Positions 62,051 through 64,000 of a DNA stretch of 64,000 nt are shown here, in pieces. The notes below the pieces were generated by a model, which was not told the DNA's origin, ran no database searches, and worked only from the letters and a program-made list of their open reading frames with translations. Where the stretch lies: assembly GCF_009914755.1 (NCBI RefSeq), contig NC_060929.1; one strand, 5' to 3'. The DNA comes from the human T2T-CHM13v2.0 reference genome, Homo sapiens. Positions within the stretch are counted from its first letter, which is position 1, and each line of letters starts with the position of its first letter. Made by a program: the position numbers and the translations under genes.

Positions 62051-63734
62051 CGTACCCTTTGTTTCTAAGCACAACTTGTTCCTCCCACTTAGAATGTTCT
62101 TTACCCATTTTTGTACTGGCTGAACACCCAGTCTTCCTTCCAGATGTTTCTCAAATAGTCCCTCCTCTATGAAGCCTTCCCCAGCAAAATTATTTTCTTG
62201 CCCTAGTTTGATAGCTATAGTAACACATATAAGGTTCTCATAGATGGTTTTGTGTACATCTCTGTGCTCTGACAAGATATTGAATTCCTGAGTTCACCAA
62301 GTTTGTATGATTTTTTTTTTAGGACTGGCATCTTGTGTTACTCATCTTTTTATTCTTAATGTTCCACACAGTGGCTGGCAAGTAGGTAGTGCTTGAAAAT
62401 GTTTGTGGATTTGAAAGCTTGATTTTGAATATGGCCTTAGGCAAAAAGCAGCGTTTCAAATTGCATATTAAAAGTCACTTCAAAACCGAAATTTCTAAGT
62501 AGCGCTGCCTATTGGATGAACTTTATCATATACTCTTTTCTCTAACAACATTCAAATACAAATTGCAATCTATTCCAAAAGATGCATTGCTATTGAACAT
62601 AGGAGAAGGAGGTAGATAGGTAATAATCTATAATTGGCCAAGAATAGACTAGTCTTGTACTCTTTAGTAAGTGTTTGGATCCAAAATGATCTTTCAGGAA
62701 AGTGCCACAATATTTAACAGTCAGTCAAAGAGTCTGTTGTTGCCTAGATGTTGGAATAAATTTGATAACTTCTGGAGGATTATTTTAAGTCCATGTATTC
62801 ATTTGTTTAAGTTAAGTATATTAAGCCACTTCCTACTGAATAATTAATTTACCCCAAGGGTTTACATTGGAAGAGAGTTACTCTTAAAATCCACTGGAGT
62901 GTATTAGGGATAAAGGTTACCTTTGATTTAGCATGCAACACTCCTTGATGTTGAATGAAAAAATAGATAGATAGACAGATAGATGCCTTATATTTTTGGT
63001 TGTAACTTTGAAAATTGGCAACATCCCTTCTCCCATCCTCTTGGTAATTTAAGTGTGCTTAATTTACTCAAATTCTTTTCTACACCTGTTCTGACATTTT
63101 ATTGCAGGGATTTTAGGGGCTTGATTATTTGTTGTGCCTCTATGTAAAGGATATTTCTAATTACAGGAGCAAAAAGAATGATGTCTGGAGTCATCTGGAG
63201 TCCAAAAAACAAAAAGCTGAGGGGTATTAAGATCTGGTTTATGGAGGTGAATGATTGTCTTAGATAACAGGAGCAAGGACCTGCTGCAATAAGTAAGGAT
63301 TTCTAATTCCCATGAAGGCCAGAAGGAGAAGCCAGTGATAACAGCTTCAGAAACTGCCCATAAATAAATTGCTGAGCTGAGGAATTATGTTCTGTTACTG
63401 AAATGTGTAAAATTATATATAAAGGGAAAGAGAGCAGCATTAATACACATGGCCAGATTCCAACTTCAGTAGGCAATCCCTTCCCTCAGGCACAAAACGA
63501 GGTAGTTGAACATTGTAGGAGAAATACACTGTGTAAGCCTGTGTCGTGCAATTCATTTGATGTTGTGACTGTTGTGGTGGGACTGGGAAAGCCTTGGTAT
63601 ACCACCAAGAAAAGAGGCTGCTGGATCTATATGGTCTGTGGGGCCCCTGGGAAGTTGGTGTACTTCTGCTGACTATTATAAACAGTTCTGCTTAGTTCAT
63701 TGAGCCAGAGTCCTAGAAGTTATCCTTGATAACT

Positions 63735-63900
63735 CCTTCTTTTTCTTTGTATGTATTGATGGGGTACAAGTGCAATTTTGCTGCATTGATGTATTGTATT
63801 ATGGTGAAGTCAGGGCCTTCAGTGTATCCGTCAGAGGAGAAACATACATTGTACCCACCAAGCAACCTCCTGTCATCCACCCCTTCCCACCCTAAACTTC
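63735..63900 (-). mobile_element. L1 (L1MA/PB) 3' terminal fragment
   Basis: ggggtacaagtgcaattttgctgcattgat...ggtgaagtcagggccttcagtgtatcc. Confidence 0.65.
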
Positions 63901-64000
63901 CTTTCTTTTAACCCCACTTGCACCAGTTCTGTAGATTCTACCTCTAAAAATACATATTGAATCAGTGCACCTTACTCACTATTAAATATTATTTGAATGA

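Overview
Hominid (great ape/human) genomic DNA from inside the WDR70 gene on the + strand. The only coding exon I can support is 77 bp at 8177-8253 (GHTAMLHTGSWHPKIKGEFMTCSND-A). Everything else is intron, densely packed with retrotransposons: about 29 Alus, a near full-length old L1PB (- strand) with an Alu and a full-length L1PA4/5 (+ strand) nested inside it, L1MA fragments, two antisense SVAs (an old 5'-truncated SVA_A-like copy and a full-length SVA_D-like copy), MaLR/ERVL LTRs, Tigger4a, MIR and L2 relics. None of the ORFs in the supplied track is a credible gene. I found no new multi-gene system. The most unusual structures are a 7 x 27-bp minisatellite made entirely of palindromes (49572-49764), an 84-bp inverted templated insertion with a complex junction in the L1PB 5'UTR (24744-24827 copied to 25744-25827), a 3 x 36-bp repeat with hairpin junctions, and a tail-to-tail inverted Alu pair only about 26 bp apart. 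Repeat subfamily calls are made by eye from remembered consensus features, and boundaries of old repeats are approximate.
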